A stretch of DNA of 64,000 nt from Candidatus Deferrimicrobiaceae bacterium (lineage in GTDB: Bacteria; Desulfobacterota; Deferrimicrobia; Deferrimicrobiales; Deferrimicrobiaceae). Below the pieces are notes generated by a model, which was not told the origin of the DNA, made no database searches, and saw only the letters and a list, made by a program, of their open reading frames with translations. Shown here piece by piece: positions 10,512-19,483 of the stretch. Both the position numbers and the translations under genes were made by a program. Location of the stretch: positions 288,001-352,000 of the forward strand of contig CAWBVY010000004.1 in NCBI GenBank assembly GCA_963792415.1. The letters run 5' to 3'. Position 1 is the first letter of the stretch. Each line of letters starts with the position of its first letter.

Positions 10512-11939
10512 ATGGCTGAAAAGTGGCGCACGGAAAAGAAGCGGCCCAAAATCAAGGTTCTCCCCTGGCCCGCAATTCCCCCACCGACGGTGGAAGAGGT
10601 TTACGCCGGCGTGGACGAGAAGCGGAAAGAGTACAACCTCTGGGTGGAGTCGGCCGTCCGGCAGCAGTTCAACGCCAACAAGCCGGAGTCGCTGAACGGA
10701 ATCCGCGTCCTCGACATGACGACGAACCAGATCATGGGGCACTGGTGCTCCTCGCACTTCTCGGAGCTCGGCGCCGAGGTCATAATGGTGGAGCCGCCCG
10801 GCGGCGACCCGCTGCGGAAACTCACCCCCTTCGGCCGGGAGGAGTACATGTTCGCCGCCCAGAACGGGGAGAAGTGCGGCATCCGGTTCCTGGCGGAGGC
10901 CCGGAACAAGTTCTCCGTCACCCTCAACATCGATACCGACGAAGGGCGCAACCTGCTGAAGGCGATCATCCCGCAGGTCGACATCCTCATCGAGAACGGC
11001 GCCCCGGGCCATTACGACAGCCTGGGGATCGGCTACCGTCAGCTCTCAGAGATCAACCCGCGGCTGATCTACCTATGGGTCGGCCAGCGCGGCCAGTGGG
11101 GGCCCCTCAAGGATCAGCCCGGCGCCATGGACCCGGTCGCCCAATGCTCGATGGGCTTCGTCCACGGCACCGGCGCCCCCGTGTCGTTCGGCGGCACCCC
11201 GACCCGGTCGGGGTGGTGGCTGTGCGACCAGGTCGGCGGCACCTTCGCGGCGATGGGCGCGATGGCGGCCCTCTACGCCCGGGAGAAGTTCCTCGGGCAC
11301 GGCCAGTTCGTCGAGTGCACGGGGGCCGAGGCGGTCATCCGGATCATCGACTACAACTGGGCGTGGAACGGGATGGACGGCTCCGTCCGTCCCCGCTACG
11401 GGAACTGGGACCTCGCGATCAACATCTACGCGGTCAACCCGTGCGCCGACGGCCAGATCATGGTGGGCGGCGGGCACGACCGGCTCTGGTTCCGGATCTG
11501 GCGGGCCGCCGGGAAGGCGAAGCCGTACCTCGAGCAGCACATCTGCGAGGACCCGAAGCTGCGGGTCGTCACCGACCGGCTTCCGCACTACCAGCAGGTC
11601 GAGACGTACACCACCCTGGTCGAGTGGATGAAGGACTGCACCCGGTTCCAGTGCGAGACGGCGCTGCAGGAAGAGGAAGTCGCCTCGGGCGGCGTGTCGT
11701 TCCTCGACGAGGTCTGCGAGTTCCCGCACTACAAGTACCGCGGCCACGTGCGGCTGCTCGATGACGGCGAGTACGGCCAGGTCCTCCTCGGGGGCTCCAG
11801 CTTCATCGGATCCAACACCCCGGGCCGGATCAAGTGGATCGGCCGGCCGGTCGGCAAGGACAACGAGGACGTGTACCGCGGCCTCGCGGGCCTGAACCGG
11901 CACGAGTTGGCGAGCCTGAAGAAGGGAGGTGTCATCTAA
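10512..11939 (+). CDS. Class III (CaiB/BaiF) CoA-transferase, protein A
   Basis: LNGIRVLD, LGAEVIMVEPPGGDPLR, INPRLIY; Asp in LCDQVGG; SD AAGGAGG. Confidence 0.9.
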   Translation: MAEKWRTEKKRPKIKVLPWPAIPPPTVEEVYAGVDEKRKEYNLWVESAVRQQFNANKPESLNGIRVLDMTTNQIMGHWCSSHFSELGAEVIMVEPPGGDPLRKLTPFGREEYMFAAQNGEKCGIRFLAEARNKFSVTLNIDTDEGRNLLKAIIPQVDILIENGAPGHYDSLGIGYRQLSEINPRLIYLWVGQRGQWGPLKDQPGAMDPVAQCSMGFVHGTGAPVSFGGTPTRSGWWLCDQVGGTFAAMGAMAALYAREKFLGHGQFVECTGAEAVIRIIDYNWAWNGMDGSVRPRYGNWDLAINIYAVNPCADGQIMVGGGHDRLWFRIWRAAGKAKPYLEQHICEDPKLRVVTDRLPHYQQVETYTTLVEWMKDCTRFQCETALQEEEVASGGVSFLDEVCEFPHYKYRGHVRLLDDGEYGQVLLGGSSFIGSNTPGRIKWIGRPVGKDNEDVYRGLAGLNRHELASLKKGGVI

Positions 11940-13297
11940 TGGTCGACAAGGCCTTGAAGGACATGACGTTCGAGGATTTCTGCCGCACCGTCTTCAACAC
12001 AAAGGACACGTTCCACAAGCCCGAGGTCCTGAAAGGGATCCGGGCCATCTCCACCACCCAGTACATCCTCGGCCCCTCCTGCGCGGCGTACCTGGCCGAG
12101 CTGGGCGCCGAGACGATCAAGGTCGAGCTGCCGAAGCGGGGCGAGCCGATGCGGCACACCACCCCGTTCAACGAGCCGTTCCTCTACCCCCTCTCCCGGT
12201 GGATGCCGGACAAGGGGACGGGGCTCGGCTTCTTCGGCGCGAACCCGAACGAGCTCTTCATGTCGCTCGACTTCCACAAGCCGGAAGCGATCGAGATCAT
12301 GAAGCGGCTCGCCGCCAAGAGCGACGTCTTCTGCGAGAACTACCGCGCGGGCACGTTCGACCGGTGGGGGATCGGGTACCGGCAGCACGCAGAGATCAAC
12401 CCCCGCGTCATCTATCAATGGATGGGCGGGTTCGGCGGCTGGGGCCCGGGGCGGAACCGCGCCTCGTACGACATCCTCGGCCAGGCGCAGGGCGGCTGCT
12501 TCTCCGTCACCGGGTGGCCGAAGGAGTACGGCGGGATGCCGTCCAAGCAGACGATCTGGATCATGGACTACTGGGGCGGCGCGATCTCCGCGTTCAACAT
12601 CCTCGCCTGCCTCTACTGGCGCGACAACGTGTCGAACAAGGGGAACTTCCTCGAGTACTCCCAGGTGCACGGCGCCCAGCGGCACCTGACCGACTTCATC
12701 GCCCTCTACGGCCGCACGGGCATCGTCGCCCAGCGGTGGGGGAACTGGGAGCCGCTGCTGTGCGTCCACGGGATCCTCAAGTGCGGGAAGTCGTCGTACC
12801 CGAACTCGAAGAACCCGCAGGAGCAGGAAGTCGGCTTCTGCTTCGTCTCCGCCTACAAGGACGACGATTTCAAGAAGCTGTGCGGCGTCGTCGGCAACGC
12901 CGAGCTCGCCAAGAAGTACCCGACCCACGCGGACCGCGTAGGGTCGGATGCCCAGATGGCGATCTACCCCGAGTTGGAGAAGTGGGCCGCCGACAAGACC
13001 AAGGAGCAGGTCTGGAAAGCGTTCACCGATGCCGGCCTGGTCTCCCAGCCGGTGTGGAACTCCAACGAGGCGGCGGAACAGGAGCACTGGCACCTTCGGG
13101 GCTCGATGCTGTGGCTCGACGACCCGACCTTCGGGGACGTCCTGACCCAGGGAGTTCCGTACCGGCTGTCCGAGACGCCGGGCCGGATCAAGAACGTCTT
13201 CAAGCCGGTCGGCGCGGACAACGAGTACGTCCTGGCCAAGCTGTGCGGCTACGGCGGCTCCGAGATCGCCGCGCTCGAGAAGAACGAGATCATCTAA
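11939..13297 (+). CDS. Class III (CaiB/BaiF) CoA-transferase, protein B
   Basis: LGAETIKVELP, ENYRAG, INPRVIY; Asp in IMDYWGG; TAATG overlap. Confidence 0.9.
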   Translation: MVDKALKDMTFEDFCRTVFNTKDTFHKPEVLKGIRAISTTQYILGPSCAAYLAELGAETIKVELPKRGEPMRHTTPFNEPFLYPLSRWMPDKGTGLGFFGANPNELFMSLDFHKPEAIEIMKRLAAKSDVFCENYRAGTFDRWGIGYRQHAEINPRVIYQWMGGFGGWGPGRNRASYDILGQAQGGCFSVTGWPKEYGGMPSKQTIWIMDYWGGAISAFNILACLYWRDNVSNKGNFLEYSQVHGAQRHLTDFIALYGRTGIVAQRWGNWEPLLCVHGILKCGKSSYPNSKNPQEQEVGFCFVSAYKDDDFKKLCGVVGNAELAKKYPTHADRVGSDAQMAIYPELEKWAADKTKEQVWKAFTDAGLVSQPVWNSNEAAEQEHWHLRGSMLWLDDPTFGDVLTQGVPYRLSETPGRIKNVFKPVGADNEYVLAKLCGYGGSEIAALEKNEII

Positions 13298-13313
13298 CAA
13301 GAATAAGGAGGTA

Positions 13314-13712
13314 ATGATGAGCAGTCCTTTCCGCGAGACGTCGCTCATACTTGAATGTCCGAAGTGCGAGACATTGAACTACCTTGATCCGTTCACCTTC
13401 TGGAACTTCAAGGGGAAGATCAAGTGCGCCGGCTGCGATGCCGTCTGGGCATACGAGCTGGTGAACGGGACCCGGACCGCCGCGCCGGCCGCCGCCACGG
13501 GGCCGCACGACAAGATGCCCGGGTACGCCCAGAGCAAGGACTGGAAGTCGATCACGGACCCCACGAAGGTCAACAAGGGGCCGCAGGCCCGCGAGGACTT
13601 CCAGGGGAAGCCGATCGCGATCACCAAGAGCAAGCGCGGCAACCCGGTGTCGGGCGCTCCGCTGAAGCCGGAAGATCTGGTCGGAAGCCGCCCGAAGCAG
13701 TTCGCGAAGTAA
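13314..13712 (+). CDS. Zinc-ribbon hypothetical protein
   Basis: CPKC-x19-CAGC; SD TAAGGAGG. Confidence 0.8.
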   Translation: MMSSPFRETSLILECPKCETLNYLDPFTFWNFKGKIKCAGCDAVWAYELVNGTRTAAPAAATGPHDKMPGYAQSKDWKSITDPTKVNKGPQAREDFQGKPIAITKSKRGNPVSGAPLKPEDLVGSRPKQFAK

Positions 13713-13760
13713 CGGTCGGTTCGCGGCGAAAGAACCAGGAATCTACAAAGGAGGAGAACC

Positions 13761-13949
13761 GTGGCAACTATTCCGAACTGTGCGAAGTGCAACAACTTCG
13801 TGCCCGCGACCGACCCGCATATCTCCAAGGTCTACTCGGGCCAGTGCACGAAGCTCGAATGGCCGTACAATATCAACATCCCGAAGGTCGACGGGATCGA
13901 GGGGGAGTGCGGTTTCTACGAGGGGCCCGGACCCGCGACCCTGAAGTAG
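13761..13949 (+). CDS. Small four-Cys protein, HiPIP/BssB-BssC-like putative Fe-S protein
   Basis: C7-x2-C10-x18-C29-x20-C50; SD AAGGAGGAG before GTG. Confidence 0.7.
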   Translation: MATIPNCAKCNNFVPATDPHISKVYSGQCTKLEWPYNINIPKVDGIEGECGFYEGPGPATLK

Positions 13950-13998
13950 GAAAAAGGTCCTTGAACCGACCGTCGCCGGTCTGATAGATTAGCGACGC

Positions 13999-14051
13999 GG
14001 CAAATCCACGGCCGCCCTGTGGTTTTCACAAGCGCGGCCGTGGATTTTGCC
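13999..14051 (+). other. Long intergenic stem-loop (attenuator, terminator or mRNA processing site)
   Basis: AAATCCACGGCCGC...GCGGCCGTGGATTT arms with an inner TGTG/CACA pair. Confidence 0.6.
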
Positions 14052-14105
14052 TTTCAGGGGCTCCATGTCTTCCAAAATACACACCACGAAGGAGGGTTCA
14101 CAGCG

Positions 14106-14480
14106 ATGAAGGTGGAATTCTACTACGACAGTACGGTACCGCCCGGGTCCGCGTTCCCCTGCGACAACGCCAAAGCCGTCGAGCTGATCGGACAGCTGGC
14201 GGCCAAGGGGGTCAACGCCAAGGCCACCGACCTCAAGGGCCAGCAGGTCGGGTTCATGACGTACAACGCCGCTGTGACGGGACCCAAGTCCCAGGTCCGC
14301 GCCGTGTTCGGCGCGAAAGGCGCCTTGCAGGAAGACTTCGGGAAGAACGTCCCGGCCCTCCTCCTGTTCGAGAAGGACGACGACCGTTATCCCAACGAGG
14401 CGTTTCCCCGCAGCGACAAGGAGCTGATGAAGCTGATCAGCTGCGAGGAGATGCTCCAGACGCTCCTGGCGAAGGCGTAA
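14106..14480 (+). CDS. Hypothetical protein (124 aa)
   Basis: SD AAGGAGG; FGKNVPALLLFE..YP; no family recognised. Confidence 0.75.
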   Translation: MKVEFYYDSTVPPGSAFPCDNAKAVELIGQLAAKGVNAKATDLKGQQVGFMTYNAAVTGPKSQVRAVFGAKGALQEDFGKNVPALLLFEKDDDRYPNEAFPRSDKELMKLISCEEMLQTLLAKA

Positions 14481-14550
14481 CACCGCATACCCACACGAGG
14501 ACCGCCGGGCCGTTCCCGGCCCGGCGGGCCCTCTCACGAAGGGGGGAGTG

Positions 14551-16191
14551 ATGGCAAAGATACCCGAGAGCTACCTGCCGCCGCCCGAGCTGCGGCCCCA
14601 GCGGATCTACACGCTTGATGAGTTCAAGAACATCCCGCAGAAGTTCAACTCCACCGAAGTCCTCCTCGACCAGACGGCAGCGAAATACGGCGACAAGGTC
14701 GCGATCTACTTCGACGAGCAGCGGGTCACCTACAAGCAGCTCCAGGCGAGCGTCAACCGCGTCGCCAACGGGCTGAAGAAGCTCGGCGTCGAGGAGGGGG
14801 ACCGCGTCCTGATGCGGATGCCCAACATCGTGCCGATCATCGTGTGCAACTTCGCGATCATCAAGATCGGCGCCGTCTCCCTTCCGACCTCGGTCCTCTT
14901 CTCCCGGTCGGAGATCGCGCATGTCGCGAACGTGTCGGAAGCGAAAGTGATCATCGTCGCGGCGGTGATGCTGGCAGAGCTGGAGGCCGCGAAGGCCGAC
15001 CTGAAGTTCGCCAAGACGATCGTCGTGGTGGGCGGCGACGAGAACGAGGTCCGGGCGAAGGGGTACGTCCCGTACGCCGACCTGATGAAGAACCCCGACC
15101 AGTGCGAGGCGGTCAAGCGCGACCGGATGGACGTTTCCGTCCTCCTCTTCACCTCGGGGACGACGGGGCTCCCCAAGGGGACGGCCCACTTCATGGAAGA
15201 GTCGCTGATCGTCGCCGACGGGTTCGGGAAGTATTGCTGGGAGGTGTCCGACAAGGACGTGATCGGCGGCCCGGCGCCCCTCGCGATGGCGGCGGGGTAC
15301 TCCACCGTCGGTGTCATCCCGTTCCGGTTCGGCGCGGCCGTCTCCCTCATCGGGAAGTTCGACCCGGTCGCGATGTTCAAGAACATCCAGAACCACAGGA
15401 TCACGATCATGACGGCCCTTCCGACCGCGTACCGGAAGATGCTGGTCGACATCAACCCGAAAGAGTGGGACTACTCCTCCCTGCGGTTCTGCACCGGCGG
15501 CGGCGAGGCGCTCACCGCCAAGACGTACCTCGACTGGAAGGAGAAGTTCGGGCTGGAGATCTACGAGGGGCTCGGCACCACCGAGATGATGTTCGTGTTC
15601 ATCTCCGCGGCGGTGACGAAGAAGGTCAAGCCAGGACCGATCGGGACGGCGTGCCCCGGCTACGACGTCCGCGTGGTGAACGAGAGCTTCGAGCAGGTCA
15701 AGCCCGGCGAGGTCGGCAAGATGATCGTCCGGGGACCCACGGGGACGATCTACTGGAAGGACAACGAGAAGCAGAAGTCGTCGGTCCGCGACGGCTGGTG
15801 CCTGGCGGGCGACGTCGTCACGATGGACGAGGACGGGTACGTCCAGTTCCTCTCCCGCGAGGACGACCTGATCAAGTCGTCCGGCTACCGGATCGGGCCC
15901 GAGGAGATCGAGGAGGCCCTGGTGATGCACCCGTCCGTCGCCGACGCCGGGGTGGTCGGCGTTCCCGACCCGGTGATCGGGCAGAAGACCAAGGCGTTCG
16001 TGCAGCTCAAGCCCGGCGTCGCGCCGTCCGAGGAGCTGAAGAAGGAGCTCGTCGAGCATTGCAAGGGGAAGGTCGCCGTGTACAAACTGCCGCGGGAGAT
16101 CGAGTTCATCGACGCGATGCCCCGGACGGCGGTCGGCAAGCTGCTTCGCCGCATCCTGCGCCAGCAGGAGATCGACAAGGCGAAGAAGTAA
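14551..16191 (+). CDS. Acyl/aryl-CoA ligase, 2-aminobenzoate/benzoate-CoA ligase-like
   Basis: FTSGTTGLPKG, YEGLGTTE, SGYRIGPEEIEE, PRTAVGK; N-terminal YLPPPEL. Confidence 0.88.
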   Translation: MAKIPESYLPPPELRPQRIYTLDEFKNIPQKFNSTEVLLDQTAAKYGDKVAIYFDEQRVTYKQLQASVNRVANGLKKLGVEEGDRVLMRMPNIVPIIVCNFAIIKIGAVSLPTSVLFSRSEIAHVANVSEAKVIIVAAVMLAELEAAKADLKFAKTIVVVGGDENEVRAKGYVPYADLMKNPDQCEAVKRDRMDVSVLLFTSGTTGLPKGTAHFMEESLIVADGFGKYCWEVSDKDVIGGPAPLAMAAGYSTVGVIPFRFGAAVSLIGKFDPVAMFKNIQNHRITIMTALPTAYRKMLVDINPKEWDYSSLRFCTGGGEALTAKTYLDWKEKFGLEIYEGLGTTEMMFVFISAAVTKKVKPGPIGTACPGYDVRVVNESFEQVKPGEVGKMIVRGPTGTIYWKDNEKQKSSVRDGWCLAGDVVTMDEDGYVQFLSREDDLIKSSGYRIGPEEIEEALVMHPSVADAGVVGVPDPVIGQKTKAFVQLKPGVAPSEELKKELVEHCKGKVAVYKLPREIEFIDAMPRTAVGKLLRRILRQQEIDKAKK

Positions 16192-16230
16192 CGGGGGATA
16201 CCGCGCTTCACGGCGCGGTGGCGGGACCGG

Positions 16231-16268
16231 AGCCCGGGGGCGTGCCGCCCCCGGGCTTTCTTCGTTTC
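16231..16268 (+). terminator. Intrinsic terminator of the CoA operon
   Basis: 12-bp stem AGCCCGGGGGCG-TGC-CGCCCCCGGGCT followed by a T-rich tail. Confidence 0.8.
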
Positions 16269-16275
16269 CGCCCCG

Positions 16276-17565
16276 TCATTCCCCGAGGAACATCCCGATC
16301 CGCCGCGTGGACGGGACGTTGTCGAAGATGCATTTCAGGACGGCCAGGATCGGGATCCCCAGCACCAGCCCCATCCCCCCCCACAGCCAGCCGAAGAAGA
16401 GCAGGGCCATCGTCGAGGCGGTCGCGTTCAGCCGCACCCCCCTGCCCACCAGCCTCGGCGTCAGGTAGTTCGCCGCCACGACGTGGAAAACGGTCACCGA
16501 GGCGACCAGGACCACAAAGGGCCCCCCCGACTCGAAGGAGACGAGGCCGACGACGACGCCCGGGAGCAGCGCGAGCGGCAGGCCGAGGTAGGGGACGATG
16601 CTGAGCGTCCCGCTCAGGATTCCCAGCACCACCGGGTACGGGAGCCCCACGAGCAGGTAGACCAGGACGGTCGCCACGGAGAGGAGGATGGCAATCACGG
16701 CGTTTCCGAGGAGGAACTTCCGCATCATCCACTCGATGTCCAGGAGGATCCCCCCCACCGTCGCGCGCTGCACTTCCGGGAAGAGCTCCCGCGTCCGCCG
16801 GGTGAGCGGTTCCCGGTCCGCGAGGATGAAGTAGACGAGGAAGGGGATGAAGCCGAAGGCGAAGAGGACGCCGGTCAGGGACCCGAGGCCGTGGAGCAGC
16901 GACTCCGTGAACGGTTCCGCATCCTGCATGAGGACGGGCGGGGCGGATTTCGGGCTCGCGGAGGCCGCTGCCGGGGGTGCGATGCGGCGGCCCGCCTCGG
17001 CGACGACGCGGTTGAGCTCCTCGGCCCTGTCCGCCAGGCTCGCGACGATCGGGGCGGCGCGGATCTTTTCGGCGATCGCGGGGATCTCCGCGAAAAAGCT
17101 TTCCGCGCGCAGGTACGTGCCGTAGAAAATCCCGTAGAGCATCGCGACGAACAGGAAGACCACGATGCCGCTGGCGTGAGGACGCCGCAAGGGGGTCCGT
17201 TCGCAGAGCAGGTGGACCAGCGGTTCGAGGGCGAAGGCCAGCAGCATGGAGGAGAACAGGGTGATGAAGACGGAGGCGGCGTAGTGCAGGAGGGCGATGA
17301 CGCCGAGGATCGCGATGACGGTCGCACTCGCCCGGATGAGTTTCAGATCCGGCCCGGGCGGCCGCGCTTCCTCCTTCGTCCCCGAAATCGGGACCTCCGC
17401 AGGGGCGTCGGCCCCCCGGGCTCCGGCGGCTCGCGCCGCTTCCTCCTTCGCGGCTCGCGCCGCTTCCTCCTTCGCGGCTCGCGCCGCTTCCTCCTTCGCG
17501 GCTCGCGCCGCTTCGGAGGACAAGTCGGAGGACAAGCCCTGGTTCTTTTCTTGCGGTGGCGTCAT
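16276..17565 (-). CDS. AI-2E (PerM) family transporter with repeat-derived N-terminus
   Basis: LSIVPYLG, NYLTPRLVG, GWLWGGMGLVLGIP motifs. Confidence 0.9.
   Translation of the reverse strand: MTPPQEKNQGLSSDLSSEAARAAKEEAARAAKEEAARAAKEEAARAAGARGADAPAEVPISGTKEEARPPGPDLKLIRASATVIAILGVIALLHYAASVFITLFSSMLLAFALEPLVHLLCERTPLRRPHASGIVVFLFVAMLYGIFYGTYLRAESFFAEIPAIAEKIRAAPIVASLADRAEELNRVVAEAGRRIAPPAAASASPKSAPPVLMQDAEPFTESLLHGLGSLTGVLFAFGFIPFLVYFILADREPLTRRTRELFPEVQRATVGGILLDIEWMMRKFLLGNAVIAILLSVATVLVYLLVGLPYPVVLGILSGTLSIVPYLGLPLALLPGVVVGLVSFESGGPFVVLVASVTVFHVVAANYLTPRLVGRGVRLNATASTMALLFFGWLWGGMGLVLGIPILAVLKCIFDNVPSTRRIGMFLGE
17374..17537 (-). repeat. In-frame palindromic elements plus 24-bp tandem array (3 full units and 1 partial)
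   Basis: (GCGGCTCGCGCCGCTTCCTCCTTC)n at 17426-17514; shares 36 bp exactly with 23388-23423. Confidence 0.92.
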
Positions 17566-17645
17566 CGTCTCACTTTACCGTTTTTCCGGTACCCCGCCTA
17601 CGCCCGTTTGACATCCGGCCGGGGAGAGGCGATCCTGACGAAGAG

Positions 17646-18071
17646 ATGGCGGCTCCCCTCTCGCACACGATCGAGATCCGCGTCCGGTTCGGCGAGACCG
17701 ACCCGTACGGCGTGGCGTACTTCGCCGCGATCCTCGACTACTTCAAGCGCGGGATGGACGAGTTCCTCCGGTCCCGCGGACTCTCTCCCGACCTCGCGTA
17801 CCGGAACCCGAAGCGGAACTACGGGTTCCCCGTCGTGGCTACCGCCTGCCGCTACAGGGCCCCGGTCCGGTTCGACGACCTGCTGATGCTGCGGACCCGC
17901 GTCGTGCGGGTGGAGAAAAGCGGGGCCACGTTCGGCTTCTCCCTGTTCCGCACGGAGGCGGGGAAGGATATCCTGGCGGCGGAGGGACGGATCTCCTGCC
18001 GCTCCATCGACTCCTCCTGGACGCCGATCCCCCTGCCGGCGGAGCTGATAAACATCTTATCCGCCCGCTGA
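17646..18071 (+). CDS. Acyl-CoA thioesterase (4HBT/YbgC hotdog fold)
   Basis: VRFGETDPYGVAYF, CRYRAPVRFDD. Confidence 0.88.
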   Translation: MAAPLSHTIEIRVRFGETDPYGVAYFAAILDYFKRGMDEFLRSRGLSPDLAYRNPKRNYGFPVVATACRYRAPVRFDDLLMLRTRVVRVEKSGATFGFSLFRTEAGKDILAAEGRISCRSIDSSWTPIPLPAELINILSAR

Positions 18072-18860
18072 GGCGGCGCGTGCAGCGTCCAGCTTCCTCC
18101 GGAAGCGGTTGACCAGCGCCGCCACCGCCGGCGGGGAAAGTTCCCTCCCCTCGATCTTGAAGACATCCGCCCCCGCGGCGATCCAGACCGGGAGTTCGTC
18201 CTCGAGGGAGTTGGGCGCTTCCGGGACCGGCAGGGTCCGGCAAACCAGGCGGCAGCTCCCCCCCCGTTTCGCGGAGGCCGTCCCGCCCCCGATCCCCTCG
18301 ACGACGTATCCGGTCAACCCGCACTTTCCGTGAAGGAGGAACTCCGGGCGGGAGTACGCGAAGACCTCGATCCGAAGCCCCGACGCCTTCTTGATGGGGG
18401 GAATCTCCCCGGGCCGGACCGCCGAGGGGAGGACGACGGCGACGACCCCCAGGTCCCGGTACGCACGGGCATCCTCGGGGTTGAGGACGGAGAGTCCGAC
18501 CGAGGCGCAGAGCGGCCAGCCGGGGAACTCCCGCCGCGCGAGCGCGATCACCCCGGGATCGTTCAGGATCACCTCGTCGACCCCTGCGTCCCGGAGCCGA
18601 TGGAGGTACACCAGGAAGGCGGGGAGATCGCCGGACGACGGAACGGCGTTGATCGCGGCGTGAAGCCGCGCCCCCGCCCGCAGGCAGACGGAAACCGCCG
18701 CCCCGACTTCCTCCGGGGAGAGCCCCGTCCTGCCGCCACGGGAGAGGGAACGGACCCCGACGTAGACGGCGTCGGCCCCCGCCGACAGCGCCGCCTCGAC
18801 CGCGGGGAGGGATCCCGCCGGCGCGAGGAGGGTCGGTGATGGGGGGGACGCCAGGGCCAT
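18057..18860 (-). CDS. Peptidase U32 family protein (short, atypical Cys set)
   Basis: LLAPAGS..AGADAVYVG, GSCRLVCR, FKIEGR. Confidence 0.88.
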   Translation of the reverse strand: MALASPPSPTLLAPAGSLPAVEAALSAGADAVYVGVRSLSRGGRTGLSPEEVGAAVSVCLRAGARLHAAINAVPSSGDLPAFLVYLHRLRDAGVDEVILNDPGVIALARREFPGWPLCASVGLSVLNPEDARAYRDLGVVAVVLPSAVRPGEIPPIKKASGLRIEVFAYSRPEFLLHGKCGLTGYVVEGIGGGTASAKRGGSCRLVCRTLPVPEAPNSLEDELPVWIAAGADVFKIEGRELSPPAVAALVNRFRRKLDAARAASAGG

Positions 18861-18932
18861 GCGCCATTATATCGCGGCCGTTCATCGCTTGCTTCGGCGT
18901 GGCGCACGATCGAGGTGCTGTTTATTTTTTGG

Positions 18933-18960
18933 TTGACTTGAAAATATTCCTGAGTATCGT
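18933..18960 (+). promoter_or_regulatory. Probable sigma70 promoter of the nuo cluster
   Basis: TTGACT-16 nt-TATCGT with an upstream T-tract. Confidence 0.55.
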
Positions 18961-19087
18961 AGTGTCGATTGTATGCAAGCCGCACCCCCGAGGCATGAAG
19001 CCGTTCCGCTCGGCACAACGTAAATAAAACGCGCCGGGCGGCGGTTTCGTCGCCATCTTCCGGCCTAGGACGGGACAAGAAGAGACG

Positions 19088-19483
19088 ATGCTGGTCGAAT
19101 ACGCAACCGTTCTTGTGTTCATCGTACTTGGGGCGGTCACCGTCGCCTTGATGCTCGGGCTCTCGCGCTGGTTCGCCCCGACCGCCCCCTCGGCCGCGAA
19201 GTCCTCCACCTACGAGTGCGGGGAGGTCCCGTACGGCTCCTCATGGGTGCAGTTCAACATCCGATTCTACGTGGTGGCGCTCATCTTCATCATCTTCGAC
19301 GTCGAAGTGGCGCTCCTGTACCCCTGGGCCGTGGTCTTCCAGCGGCTGGGCTGGCTCGCCTTCATCGAGGCGTTCATCTTCATCGTGATTCTGCTCGCCG
19401 GGCTGGCGTACCTGTGGAAGGAGGGGGACCTCGAGTGGGTCCGCACAATGCAGGACGCCCCGGCGAAGAAGGGTGCGAAATGA
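19088..19483 (+). CDS. nuoA: Complex I subunit A (copy 1)
   Basis: [19 protein letters not shown]. Confidence 0.95.
   Translation: MLVEYATVLVFIVLGAVTVALMLGLSRWFAPTAPSAAKSSTYECGEVPYGSSWVQFNIRFYVVALIFIIFDVEVALLYPWAVVFQRLGWLAFIEAFIFIVILLAGLAYLWKEGDLEWVRTMQDAPAKKGAK

Noticed and set aside
17426-17514. 24-bp direct repeats as a CRISPR array
   Set aside because: Contiguous with no spacers, inside a CDS, and no cas genes in the window.
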